From NCBI RefSeq assembly GCF_032191835.1, contig NC_083230.1, positions 3,720,001-3,784,000 on the forward strand: a DNA stretch of 64,000 nt, given 5' to 3'. Positions within the stretch are counted from its first letter, which is position 1. Each line of letters begins with the position of its first letter. The notes beneath the pieces are model-generated. The model was not told the DNA's origin. It worked only from the letters and a program-made list of their open reading frames with translations, and searched no databases. The stretch is from Heteronotia binoei (Eukaryota). The translations under genes were made by a program, and so were the position numbers. Positions 11,014-20,600 of this stretch are shown here, piece by piece.

Positions 11014-12922
11014 CCACCCTATCCTGAGACGTCCAGCTACCCCCCCTCAGCCAGACCACCTCCCACACACGCGACTTCTTCCGTTCTACCCAGCATGGAG
11101 GGCCATAACATCGGACTCCTGGGTCCTGGCCATCATACAAAGGGGCTACTTAATAGAATTCAACTCCACCCCGAAACATCACAGATTTCTCATCACACCA
11201 TCTTCCGCACCTCTGCAGGCAGAGATCACGTCTTTGCTGGACAAAGGCGCGATAGAACCAGTCCCAACACAGTACCATCGGACCGGGTTCTACTCCCGTT
11301 ATTTTCTAGTACCAAAAAAAGACGGAGGACTCCGCCCCATCCTCAACCTCCACAAACTCAACCTTCACATCACCTACAAGAAATTCCGCATGATCACCCT
11401 CCAGTCGATCCTACCACTCATTCCAGAACAGTCCTGGATGGCGTCCATAGACCTGCAGGATGCCTACTTTCATGTTACCATCAACCAGCATCACAGAAGA
11501 TTCCTCAGGTTCGCCATCGGGGACCAGCACTTTCAGTTCTGTTCCCTCCCATTCGGTCTCTCGACAGCCCCGAGAGTTTTCACCAAGTGCATGGCAGTGG
11601 TGGCCGCATCACTACGCCAGCAAAAGATATCTATCTACCCGTATATCGACGACTGGCTGATCGTCGCCCACTCAAAGGAACAACTCCAACTGGACGTCTC
11701 CACTACCCTTTCCCTTCTGGCCACTCTCGGCCTCCAAGTCAACTTATCGAAGTCCAAGCTAACTCCTACCCAGACAATTCAGTTCATAGGAGTGGAAATC
11801 TCCACAGTCGCCCAGAAAGCTTACTTACCACAGGACAGAGTGCGCAGCATTCAGTCCCTAGCCACCACTATTATCGCCCAACGCTCCCAACCAGCACTCA
11901 CTTTCCAGAGAATGCTGGGCCTGATGGCAGCGACCACCGCGGTCCTAGGCTTCGCGAAGCTACACATGCGACCCCTGCAAATGTGGTTCGTCAGGGTTTT
12001 CCACCCCCACACGCAACACCAATCCACAATACTGACTCTTCCATCACACATCACTACATCCCTCAGATGGTGGACAATGGAACATCACCTCCGCACGGGT
12101 ATGCCGTTCAAACAGACACCCCCATCAGTGACCGTCACCACAGATGCCTCCAAGTGGGGATGGGGAGCCCACCTGGGACCCTTGACGGTGCAGGGCCAAT
12201 GGTCGGACTACGAGCGCTCCCTACACATCAACTGCCTAGAGCTACTCGCAGTCCACAAAGCCCTAAAGTCCTTCCTCCCGTCACTACACAACCGACATGT
12301 ACAAGTCACCTCCGACAACATCGCCACGTTTTTTTACATCAACAGGCAGGGAGGCACCGCCTCCATTAGACTATGCAAGAAAGCCATAGCACTATGGCAT
12401 TGGAGCATCAGCCAGGGCATGTTCCTCACGGCAGTCCACCTACCAGGAATCGAGAACGAGCAGGCGGACGCCCTGAGCCGCCGCCCAACCAACAACCACG
12501 AGTGGTCCATCAACGGCCAGTACATAAGACAGATCTTCAAGATCTTCGGTACCCCGAAGATAGATGTATTTGCATCACCATCAAATGCCCAGTGCACCCG
12601 TTTCTACATGAGAGGGCCTCCATCCCAACTTTCCAGAGGGGACGCATTCCTCCAATCCTGGAGGGGAACACTCCACTACCTCTTCCCTCCAATACCACTC
12701 ATCACCAGAGTCCTACAGAAAATACAAACGGACCGCACAAACTGCATCCTAATAACTCCATGGTGGCCACGTCAACCCTGGTTTACCACTGTGCTGCTCC
12801 TGTCCAACAGCACATCCCTCCAACTCCCGCAAGCGCAGGACCTCCTCTCCCAACAACGCGGCAAGGTCCTACATCACAACCCAGCGTCACTCAAGCTGAC
12901 AGCCTGGAGGATCAATTTCTAG
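10796..12922 (+). CDS. pol: DIRS ORF2: reverse transcriptase + RNase H + methyltransferase-like domain
   Basis: FYSRYFLVPKKDGGLRPIL, SIDLQDAYFHV, LPFGLSTAPRVF, YIDD; RNase H TDAS..GWGA, ELLAV, SDN, NEQADALSR; C-terminal IDVFAS / DAF..W / YLFPP. The true start is uncertain (see frameshift finding). Confidence 0.95.
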   Translation: MMAGRGRRDWGSPNTSLNSADREIGNQATTKVPDPQDNKNHGDGSLHNPNSLFNTGHVLKQPKKQLPPNRRFDHPILRRPATPPQPDHLPHTRLLPFYPAWRAITSDSWVLAIIQRGYLIEFNSTPKHHRFLITPSSAPLQAEITSLLDKGAIEPVPTQYHRTGFYSRYFLVPKKDGGLRPILNLHKLNLHITYKKFRMITLQSILPLIPEQSWMASIDLQDAYFHVTINQHHRRFLRFAIGDQHFQFCSLPFGLSTAPRVFTKCMAVVAASLRQQKISIYPYIDDWLIVAHSKEQLQLDVSTTLSLLATLGLQVNLSKSKLTPTQTIQFIGVEISTVAQKAYLPQDRVRSIQSLATTIIAQRSQPALTFQRMLGLMAATTAVLGFAKLHMRPLQMWFVRVFHPHTQHQSTILTLPSHITTSLRWWTMEHHLRTGMPFKQTPPSVTVTTDASKWGWGAHLGPLTVQGQWSDYERSLHINCLELLAVHKALKSFLPSLHNRHVQVTSDNIATFFYINRQGGTASIRLCKKAIALWHWSISQGMFLTAVHLPGIENEQADALSRRPTNNHEWSINGQYIRQIFKIFGTPKIDVFASPSNAQCTRFYMRGPPSQLSRGDAFLQSWRGTLHYLFPPIPLITRVLQKIQTDRTNCILITPWWPRQPWFTTVLLLSNSTSLQLPQAQDLLSQQRGKVLHHNPASLKLTAWRINF

Positions 12923-13938
12923 AATTTCCTCCTGAGGTCCGCCAAGTTCTAGTGAACTCCAGGAAGCCATCCACCAGAAAATCCTATTCACTCAAGTGGA
13001 AGCGCTTCGTTCACTACGCCTCACAACACAACTTCAACCCCACAAGTGCTAGCATCCCTCAAGTTTTATCTTACACCCTAGCACTCTCCAAGTTAGGACT
13101 CTCCTACTCCTCCCTGAAGGTACACCTCTCAGCCATCTCCGCCTTCCACCCCCGCATCGAAGGCGTGACAGTTTTTTCTCACCAGGCCACCAAGGCCTTT
13201 CTCAAAGGCATCATTCGCCTGCACCCCCCAATCCGACGACTTCAACCCACATGGAGCCTTTCCCTCGTCCTAAGTCAGCTCATGAGACCACCCTTCGAGC
13301 CCATGGCTTCCATTCCCCTCAACTTACTCTCTTGGAAGACAGCACTACTCATAGCGCTCACCTCGGGCAAGAGAGCCAGCGACATCTGCGCACTCAGGGC
13401 AGACCCTCCATATACCATCTTTCATGCCGACAGAGTGGTCCTCCGCCCTGATCCGACCTTCCTACCAAAGGTCATCTCTCCCTTCCACCTTGGGAAACCC
13501 TCTACCATACCAGCCTTCTTCCAACACCCCACGGACGCAGGCCAGAGGGCACTACACAACCTAGACGCCCGTAGAGCTCTAGCTTTCTACATAGACAGAA
13601 CTCGGGAATTCCGTAAGGATCCGAGACTCTTTGTCACTTACGCTACCCACAACAAGGGCAGCAAGATATCTACCCAGAGACTCTCCAAGTGGCTCGTGGC
13701 CGCCATCGAACTCTGCTACCAATTAGCGAAACAGCCAATCCCACAGCACATACGAGCTCACTCCACCAGAGCCGTCGCTACCTCGTCAGCATTCCTGAGG
13801 GGCGTCCCAATAGAGGACATCTGTGCTGCTGCGGTCTGGTCCTCTCCGTCTACCTTCGCCTCGCACTACGCTCTCGACGTTCGTGCCCGGCGTGACTCGT
13901 CCTTCGGACAGGCTGTACTACGCTCCATCTTTGACTAA
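12373..13938 (+). CDS. DIRS ORF3 tyrosine recombinase
   Basis: Catalytic set R (TSGKRASD), K (LPKV), HxxR (RAHSTRA), W (AAVWSS), Y (FASHY). The recognisable YR region starts ~12910; the 5' part overlaps ORF2. Confidence 0.95.
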   Translation: MQESHSTMALEHQPGHVPHGSPPTRNRERAGGRPEPPPNQQPRVVHQRPVHKTDLQDLRYPEDRCICITIKCPVHPFLHERASIPTFQRGRIPPILEGNTPLPLPSNTTHHQSPTENTNGPHKLHPNNSMVATSTLVYHCAAPVQQHIPPTPASAGPPLPTTRQGPTSQPSVTQADSLEDQFLEFPPEVRQVLVNSRKPSTRKSYSLKWKRFVHYASQHNFNPTSASIPQVLSYTLALSKLGLSYSSLKVHLSAISAFHPRIEGVTVFSHQATKAFLKGIIRLHPPIRRLQPTWSLSLVLSQLMRPPFEPMASIPLNLLSWKTALLIALTSGKRASDICALRADPPYTIFHADRVVLRPDPTFLPKVISPFHLGKPSTIPAFFQHPTDAGQRALHNLDARRALAFYIDRTREFRKDPRLFVTYATHNKGSKISTQRLSKWLVAAIELCYQLAKQPIPQHIRAHSTRAVATSSAFLRGVPIEDICAAAVWSSPSTFASHYALDVRARRDSSFGQAVLRSIFD

Positions 13939-14033
13939 CTGCCGGTGAGTACCGCTCCCACTACGTTTCTAACCTAACTACACATATTCTTCCAGATCCA
14001 GCACCCTCCTCCAAGGGAAATAGCTCGCTAATC

Positions 14034-14129
14034 ACCCATATGTGTGAATGCACAGAGACCACGAAGAAGATGGACAGGTTTCTTACCTGTAACTGGTGAT
14101 CTTCGAGTGGTCATCTGTGCAGTCACACA
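14034..14129 (+). repeat. DIRS internal complementary region (ICR)
   Basis: 14034-14071 is the exact reverse complement of 8409-8446, and 14072-14129 is the exact reverse complement of 14350-14407; the two halves abut. Confidence 0.97.
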
Positions 14130-14200
14130 GACCCACCCAGCCTTCCCCGCTGCTGGACACTCATCTAGCATAAGAACTCTTTCCACCTGTCCGGTGGCGA

Positions 14201-14407
14201 GAAGAAACTGAGTGGCTAAGCGCCTCCCCCTCGTCCAGGCATGCGCAGACGGTGGCTCCTCCCTGGGACGAGGGGGAGGCGCGCCAGATCTACGATCAAG
14301 ATTGCTTTGAACTCTCCAAGGTCAGGGTAAGTCCTGCGGAATACCCATATGTGTGACTGCACAGATGACCACTCGAAGATCACCAGTTACAGGTAAGAAA
14401 CCTGTCC
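14201..14407 (-). repeat. DIRS right ITR with 3' extension
   Basis: Inverted copy of the left ITR plus a distinct terminal segment that is mirrored in the ICR. Confidence 0.96.
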
Positions 14408-14601
14408 GTCTGGAAAACAAGTTTATGAGGAATGGTTGAAAAAAACAGATTAAATGTACCAAATCTGGGTTGGGAAATTCCTGGAGATTTGGGGATGGAG
14501 TCTGGGAAGGGTGGAGTTTGGGGAGGGACCTTAGTAGGATGATGCTGATGTAATGCCATAAAACCATCCTCCAAAGCAGCCATTTTCTGTAGGGGAACTA
14601 A

Positions 14602-14709
14602 TATCACCTGAAAGTGCCACCATCTCCGGTGGGAAATAGTGAGGAAGAAGCCCAAAGGACAGTGGAGCAGCAATCTGATCCTTTAAAGCTAAAATTCTCT
14701 AGAAAATAG
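14602..14709 (+). pseudogene. C-terminal end of ERV integrase (inverted segment)
   Basis: YHLKVPP...RTVEQQSDPLKLKFSRK* matches the usual class I ERV integrase C-terminus pattern (HxK..W..E...PLKLKxxR*). Confidence 0.7.
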
Positions 14710-15576
14710 ATGAATACTGAAGGTGAAGCACTATTCGAAATGTATTTCAGACCTTTATTTGATATCCTGTTGGGACCTGTGGAATGGGAGCTGGTGGACA
14801 GTAACACTATGTGTCCTCATTACGAGTTTCAGCTTTACCAAGATGGTTATGGGAACCGAGTAATATATACAAGGCAAAATTTGGTTCAGGGGTGGGGCAA
14901 GAAAGTTTTGGTTGTGAATACTTCAGAGAGGTTACAAGTGTTTGTAGTTTATCCCCCTTGTTGCCATACCCAAACTCCAGGAAGCTTGAGAAGGGTAAGT
15001 TTAAATCCCGTAACTTTTATTCAGGATATTAGCATTGGGAACTATTGGGATATTTACTATTGGGTGTGTGATAGATGCTCCACAGGGGAAGGCTGGGACA
15101 GTGACGAAACAGATGAGGATCAGCCTTTTACGTGGTGTCCTGTTGATTGGTTTGGGAGGTGCATGGATGATTATTGGAATTGGGTGGTGAAGAACCCGAC
15201 TTTGTTAACTCCCATTGATTCTTGGGAATTGGTGAGCCGGGGATTTTTGCAAAAATGGAAAGGAAATGGACCAAGGAATCTAACACACACTTTTTCTATC
15301 TGCCCACATGAAGAATTGAGACGTTATGAAATCAACAATAGCAGAGGTCAGTGTTTAGAGTGGCGGTGGTATACAAAAATTAATTTAGAAGACACTGTTT
15401 TGAGACTTTCTTTGTATGTGGTAAGCCAGGCTAAAAAGGAAGGGTGGGAAAGATTCAATACCCCACTGAAAGCATCCTTTTACATCAAGGACCCAGTCTC
15501 CCAGTTTGTAGCTGTGCAACGCGAATTCCAAGGGCGGTGTTTGAACCAGCAATGCCTTCTGTCGAAGAGAAGATAA
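14710..15576 (+). CDS. Unknown ERV-associated ORF (288 aa as it stands; ~259 codons native, last ~29 read from antisense integrase)
   Basis: Uninterrupted ORF whose ATG directly follows the integrase TAG; Trp/Cys-rich with acidic WDSDETDED; no evident signal peptide or TM segment, so not env-like. Confidence 0.7.
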   Translation: MNTEGEALFEMYFRPLFDILLGPVEWELVDSNTMCPHYEFQLYQDGYGNRVIYTRQNLVQGWGKKVLVVNTSERLQVFVVYPPCCHTQTPGSLRRVSLNPVTFIQDISIGNYWDIYYWVCDRCSTGEGWDSDETDEDQPFTWCPVDWFGRCMDDYWNWVVKNPTLLTPIDSWELVSRGFLQKWKGNGPRNLTHTFSICPHEELRRYEINNSRGQCLEWRWYTKINLEDTVLRLSLYVVSQAKKEGWERFNTPLKASFYIKDPVSQFVAVQREFQGRCLNQQCLLSKRR

Positions 15577-16640
15577 ATGAGACAGCAATCCATCCAAATA
15601 ACGCTTAATAAACAAATCAGTAGTTTCAGCAGTTGGCAAACTTCCTATATCACAGGTGGGCCCGGGAAAGGGAGTTCCAAACATCAGTTCAGAAGGCGAA
15701 ATTCCCAGGTCTTTTCAGGGATGGGTTCACACCTGGAGCAAGGCTATGGGAAGAGTCCAGGGTAGCTTGGTCTCTAGGATCACTTTCTTAATCTGGGTTT
15801 TCAAGGTTTGATTTGCCCTTTCTACCTGGCCTGAGGAGGCTGGGTGCCAAGCGCAGTGAAGATCTCAGGAAATTCCTAGAGCCCTTGACACCTCCTGGAT
15901 CACCTTTCCCGTGAAACTCCCTCCTTTGTCTGAATTTATACTCTGAATTATCCCATACCTGGGAATAAAACGTTCTAACAATATTCTGGCCACTGTACTT
16001 GCAGTAACTGTGGCTGTGGGGTAAGCTTCAATCCATTCAGTTAACTGATCTATTATCACCAAGTAGCACCTCATTCTTTCTACTTTAGGCAATTCAAAAA
16101 AATTTACTTGTACAAACTGCATAGGGCGGATGGCCAGGGGTCTTCCACCCCTCCCCTTTTCCCTGATTGCTTATTTACCTTCCGGCACACCATACAGTTA
16201 TCACAAATGTTTTTTGCTATTCCACAGAGGCCCAGATCAGCATACTTCCTCAGCATTAGATCCACCATAGATTGAGTCCCCCAATGCCCCCCTTCATGCA
16301 GGCAGTTAAGCACTTGCCGTGCAACACTTTTTGGCATCCATCCGGAAGATACCAAAAACCATCCCTTTCTTCACTCCCCAGCTCTTTCATCCGTTTGACT
16401 TCTCCTTTGGTGTATCTTACTGAATCAACATTTTCCAGCACTGGGATTAGTACAGTTTCACTTCCCATAGCTGCTTCCTTGGCAGCTGTATCCGCCAATT
16501 TATTTCCAATCACCTCCTCCCTTATTCCTTTTTGGTGTCCAGGCACATATACTATAGCCAGCTTTTCAGGTTTCCACAAAGCATCCATTCTTTTCACCAA
16601 AGCCTCATGAGCCAGCTGTTTCCCCCAACTAGTTGTAGAT
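15487..16640 (-). pseudogene. pol: Class I (gamma/epsilon-like) ERV pol fragment: RNase H C-terminus + integrase
   Basis: VPGHQKG...GNKLADTAAK (RNase H), H..GHWG...CxxC zinc finger, [44 protein letters not shown]; at least 3 frameshifts and several stops. Confidence 0.92.
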
Positions 16641-16789
16641 ACAATAAGGGGAGTTGTACACGAATGGTAACCCTACAGAGCCCTAAGGCAAACAACCCAC
16701 AAAAAAGCTGCACAGTGTTACACGCACTTATTGACACATGGTATCATTATCACAAAAACTAGAAATTTATTAACATATGACAGCTCACT

Positions 16790-17400
16790 AACCACCTTCA
16801 ACTGAGCACCATATATGGAGCCTAGGCTTCCAATGTTTCAAAAAGCTCAATGAAGACATATACAGTCCTTCAGCTTCTCCAAATGGAGTGTGTATTTTGT
16901 TTCCACGAAGTCCACAAGAAGTCCCGTGTCCGGCTTTGGACATACCAGCACAACAATATATCGGTAGGTATCTGTTTCTCGAATGCTTCATCAGGCGCAT
17001 GCGTACTACAGGGACTGATGTCTCAATCGTACAAACTTGCAAAGAGTCAGTCATCAATGGCAAGGAATGCCAAGAAGATAGTTGTTGTACTTTATCACAT
17101 CAGCTGATTAGGGCTGCTGTTGCACATACTGGATAATGAACTCTCAGTGCACTTTAGCAATCATTTGTACATAGCTGGATCTTCCAGTAGCAAACAATTG
17201 CTATAGTGCATAAGTAGGATTTCCAGGTCCTTCTTCCTGGCTGGCGGTTAGAAGCAGGTCGAATCCCTGCTCCATAAAGAAACACAGGGACCAATTGCAG
17301 CAGGCACATCTTTGATGGCCAGTCAGTTCCATATAGCCTATCCTCATATCCACTATAGGATGTTAGAACTCTTACTTCAGAACACATTTCATTCTTTCTC
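16790..17400 (-). mobile_element. Degenerate LINE 3' fragment (CCHC-containing, I/Nimb-like)
   Basis: YEDRL... motif similar to the copy at 20200-20450 (IPYEQRLCRCG...HILLDC); heavily decayed. Confidence 0.35.
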
Positions 17401-20199
17401 TTCTGCCTCCTTTTCTCTTTCTGACTTCAGTTGTGCTTATCCTTCTTCCCTCTCTTTTATCTCAAGCCTCTTCGAATTTTTTTAGCCAAGTCCAACTCCC
17501 AGCTCCCTTCTCTTGTCCAGGGTATGTGTGTGTGTATTAGGGCTGCGAAGCAAAGGTTGGAAAGGTCATGGTGATCTGGGGGTGATGCCTGAGGAAAGGG
17601 GGTCAATGGAGATGTGATGTCAAACAGTCCATCTGCCAAAGTTGCCATTTCCTTTAGGGGGACTGGTCTCTGTAGTCGGGAGATCATTTGTGATTCCAGG
17701 AGAACTCCAGGCCCCACCTGGAGGATGGCAACATAGATGATATTTTCTGCATTATAGACAATCCTGAGGGAGTACACTCCACCTGAACTGCTGCTTCCTA
17801 CCTGTCTCCACCTGTTCCCATTGATGTGATACTTGGAACACCCTGTAAAATTGGTCCTTATGAATGGGTTCCTTAAGCATCTGGTCTGCTCACTACAAAC
17901 AGTGTGAATCCATGAGAATCAGTTAGCAAAATGAGATCCTGTTTGGCTCCTGGCCATCATAATGCTAAAAGTAGAGTCATAATCCTGAAGTTTAAAAGGT
18001 CATCTTGTTCAACGCCCTGCTCAGTGCTGGAAATCCAGAGCTAGAGCACCCCTGACAGGTGGCTTGAACACCTTCATCAAGAAGCACCCCCTCCTCAGTA
18101 ATAGGTTCATTTGTTCATTCATTCATTCATTCGTTCGTTCATTCATTGATTCATTATGGTCTTAAGACCAATATACAGTTTAATCACACAAAATACAGTA
18201 ATAGAAATTCAAATGTAAGAACTTTTTAAAAGTAGTTCCCATAATTTAAGAATTAATGCACAAAATTTAGCAGCATGACATGCTATCTTAGAATTTTTAT
18301 CAAAAACAGTGAAGCTTTGTTTTGTTTATGTTCATGTGCTATTATCAAAACTTCTCATACCAGTTTCTCTGATGTTCAGCTGGTTACATGAAGAAGACAT
18401 ATTTCACAGAACTCCCCCCCCCCTTTTTTTTAATCCCTAGGAAGAACTTTTTTCTGGACTACTATAACATTTTTCTAGCAAATTGTACTAACCATATCTC
18501 TCTAGTGTGTTTTTAATCCTTCATTTCCTCCCATAAGCTCAGGTGGTTGTACTCTTACCCCCCCGCCCTCATTTTATCTGGAAATAACCCTGTGGGGTAC
18601 ATTAGGCTGAAACAGTGTGACTGGTTTAAGATTACCCAGCAAGGTTCATAGTAATGTGGAGATTTGAACCTGGGTCTCCCATCTTTGCCCAGTGTACTTC
18701 CAGTCACTGCACTACACTGACTTCTGTATGTTTTCACCACTGAGCAGCAAGTAGCCTCTAGTGAAGAACATGTTAAGAGGCCCGGAGTTAATGAATGTGC
18801 AGTGTGCCTACTTGGGCTGTTGCTCAGTAGATTTTAATGTAGTTGGGTCTTGAGAATACCAAGTCTTTATTGCAAGACGCCATCTCCTATCACTGCCTAA
18901 CGGATGATAGTAACAAAATTGAACATAGATGAGGCTGAGCAGCCATGCACGAGGGGATGATTATATATTTTTTTCCTTTCCAAATATTTATCCATGGATA
19001 TGCTGAAATCATTAAAAAGTGAATTAACTGAGCTTTCTAATGAAGAAGAAAATGAGGAAAGGGACTGCCTTATTTATTCCAGCAGTCGAAAATGTACACC
19101 AGGCTAGAGCTTTCCTAATTACTTAGCTCCTGTCACTTCTCATTTCTATGAAAATCATGTTATTTCCATAGTAAAGGTGGAGTTAAGATATGTCCTAGGA
19201 GAAGGGAGGGCAAGCAGGAAAATTACTTTGGCTGTGTCTTGATGCATGTATTTCATTGACTCCTCATCTGCTATTCTGGTTCCAGACGGGGGCTGCATGT
19301 AGGAGTTTAAGGCACTAGTGTTTTTCTAATTTTTTCTTCCACTGTTGTGGGGGGTGGGTGGGGGGTGGTGTTTGTGCTTGTAGGGAATTGATCTGCATGG
19401 CTTCAATTGCCAAGCAGGGAGTTACTATACAATGGCAGACCTTATAAGGCATATTTGGAACTAGAGGTTAAATATACTGACTGAACAATGTGATGCATCC
19501 CCCCTCCCCCAGTGGAGATATAGTATTGGAAGCAGTTTTAGATCCCTGAGTTTTGCAGGCTCCTCCCTGCCACCAGCCAGCTGCTCAGTGGGGGGAAGAC
19601 CTGCCCCAACAGCCATAATGTGCCTTTAGATCTCAGGCAGGTTCAGAAGCTTGCAGCTGCTTCTGTTTTGGAAGGTGTGTGTCATTAAATTTCAACAATA
19701 CTGAAGCTGTTAGGGGGCAAGCAGGAAGAGCCACAGAGAGAGAGGAAGTGAGAGAGCCCAATCCCTCTGTTTGTTTTGCATTCCTTTAAGAAGCTGTTTC
19801 CATAGTAAAAGGGATAGTAAAGATTTAACTGGAACCTGACGAAGGGATAGACGAAGACTCAACCCCCTAGACCTCTCTCTCCCCATAAGTTGGTTGAAAT
19901 ACAGCAAATCGTACATTCAGCCACTCTGGTGAGTAAAGCTATCTGATTTCTCGTTTACCCACTGACCTCTTTACATCCAAATGGTCCCAGTTAGTACTTG
20001 GGAAAATCAAGTCGCTTGGTATCAACTTAGATTCATTGTCAAACTCTAGTGAAGTTTACATATTCCAACTGATCCACAGAAGAATATTAGACATTGATTC
20101 CCAGTTAATAATTGCTGAAGCTAAAAGCACATGTTCGCCATATTCTCAGGGTCTTTCCTTTCCTCCAAATTGCATGGCTCAGTACTTCTCTAATCTAAT

Positions 20200-20600
20200 A
20201 AACACATTCCAATGATGAGCTTTTATGCTGGCCAGACTCAATATATTCCCTTTGTCTGTGACCTTTGGCAGGTATATCGTATCCCTTATGAACAGAGGCT
20301 GTGCAGGTGTGGTAGAGAACCTGATTATTTAAGACACATCTTATTAGATTGCATGTTGCTTGTTTCTCACTGTCACCGTTTGATTAAACCACTTCTCTCA
20401 ACCCCTGCTTTTGCAATAAATAGACAGAATTCTTGCTAGCTGACAAATGTCCCTCAGTCACTGAGCAGGTAACGGAGTTCTTGATTCTAGCAGTGAAAAA
20501 GATAGGAACAAAAAGTGGTGGGGGTACCAGATAGGGGACAACTTTGCTTTATCCTTTTGATTCAGCCTTGACTATAAGTATGTTCTTTAAGTTGTTTGTA
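20200..20600 (+). mobile_element. LINE 3' end with CxC...HxxxxC motif
   Basis: YRIPYEQRLCRCGREPDYLRHILLDC followed by a UTR and AATAAA. Confidence 0.5.

Larger units (their letters stand above)
8409..14407 (+). mobile_element. Complete DIRS1-type tyrosine-recombinase retrotransposon (~6.0 kb)
   Basis: Left and right ITRs, an ICR complementary to both termini, three intact ORFs (gag, RT-RNH-MT, YR), no TSD, and CpG-rich relative to the flanks. Confidence 0.98.

Noticed and set aside
8433-12597. Short minus-strand ORFs antisense to the DIRS
   Set aside because: Shadows of GC-rich coding sequence with no recognisable domains.
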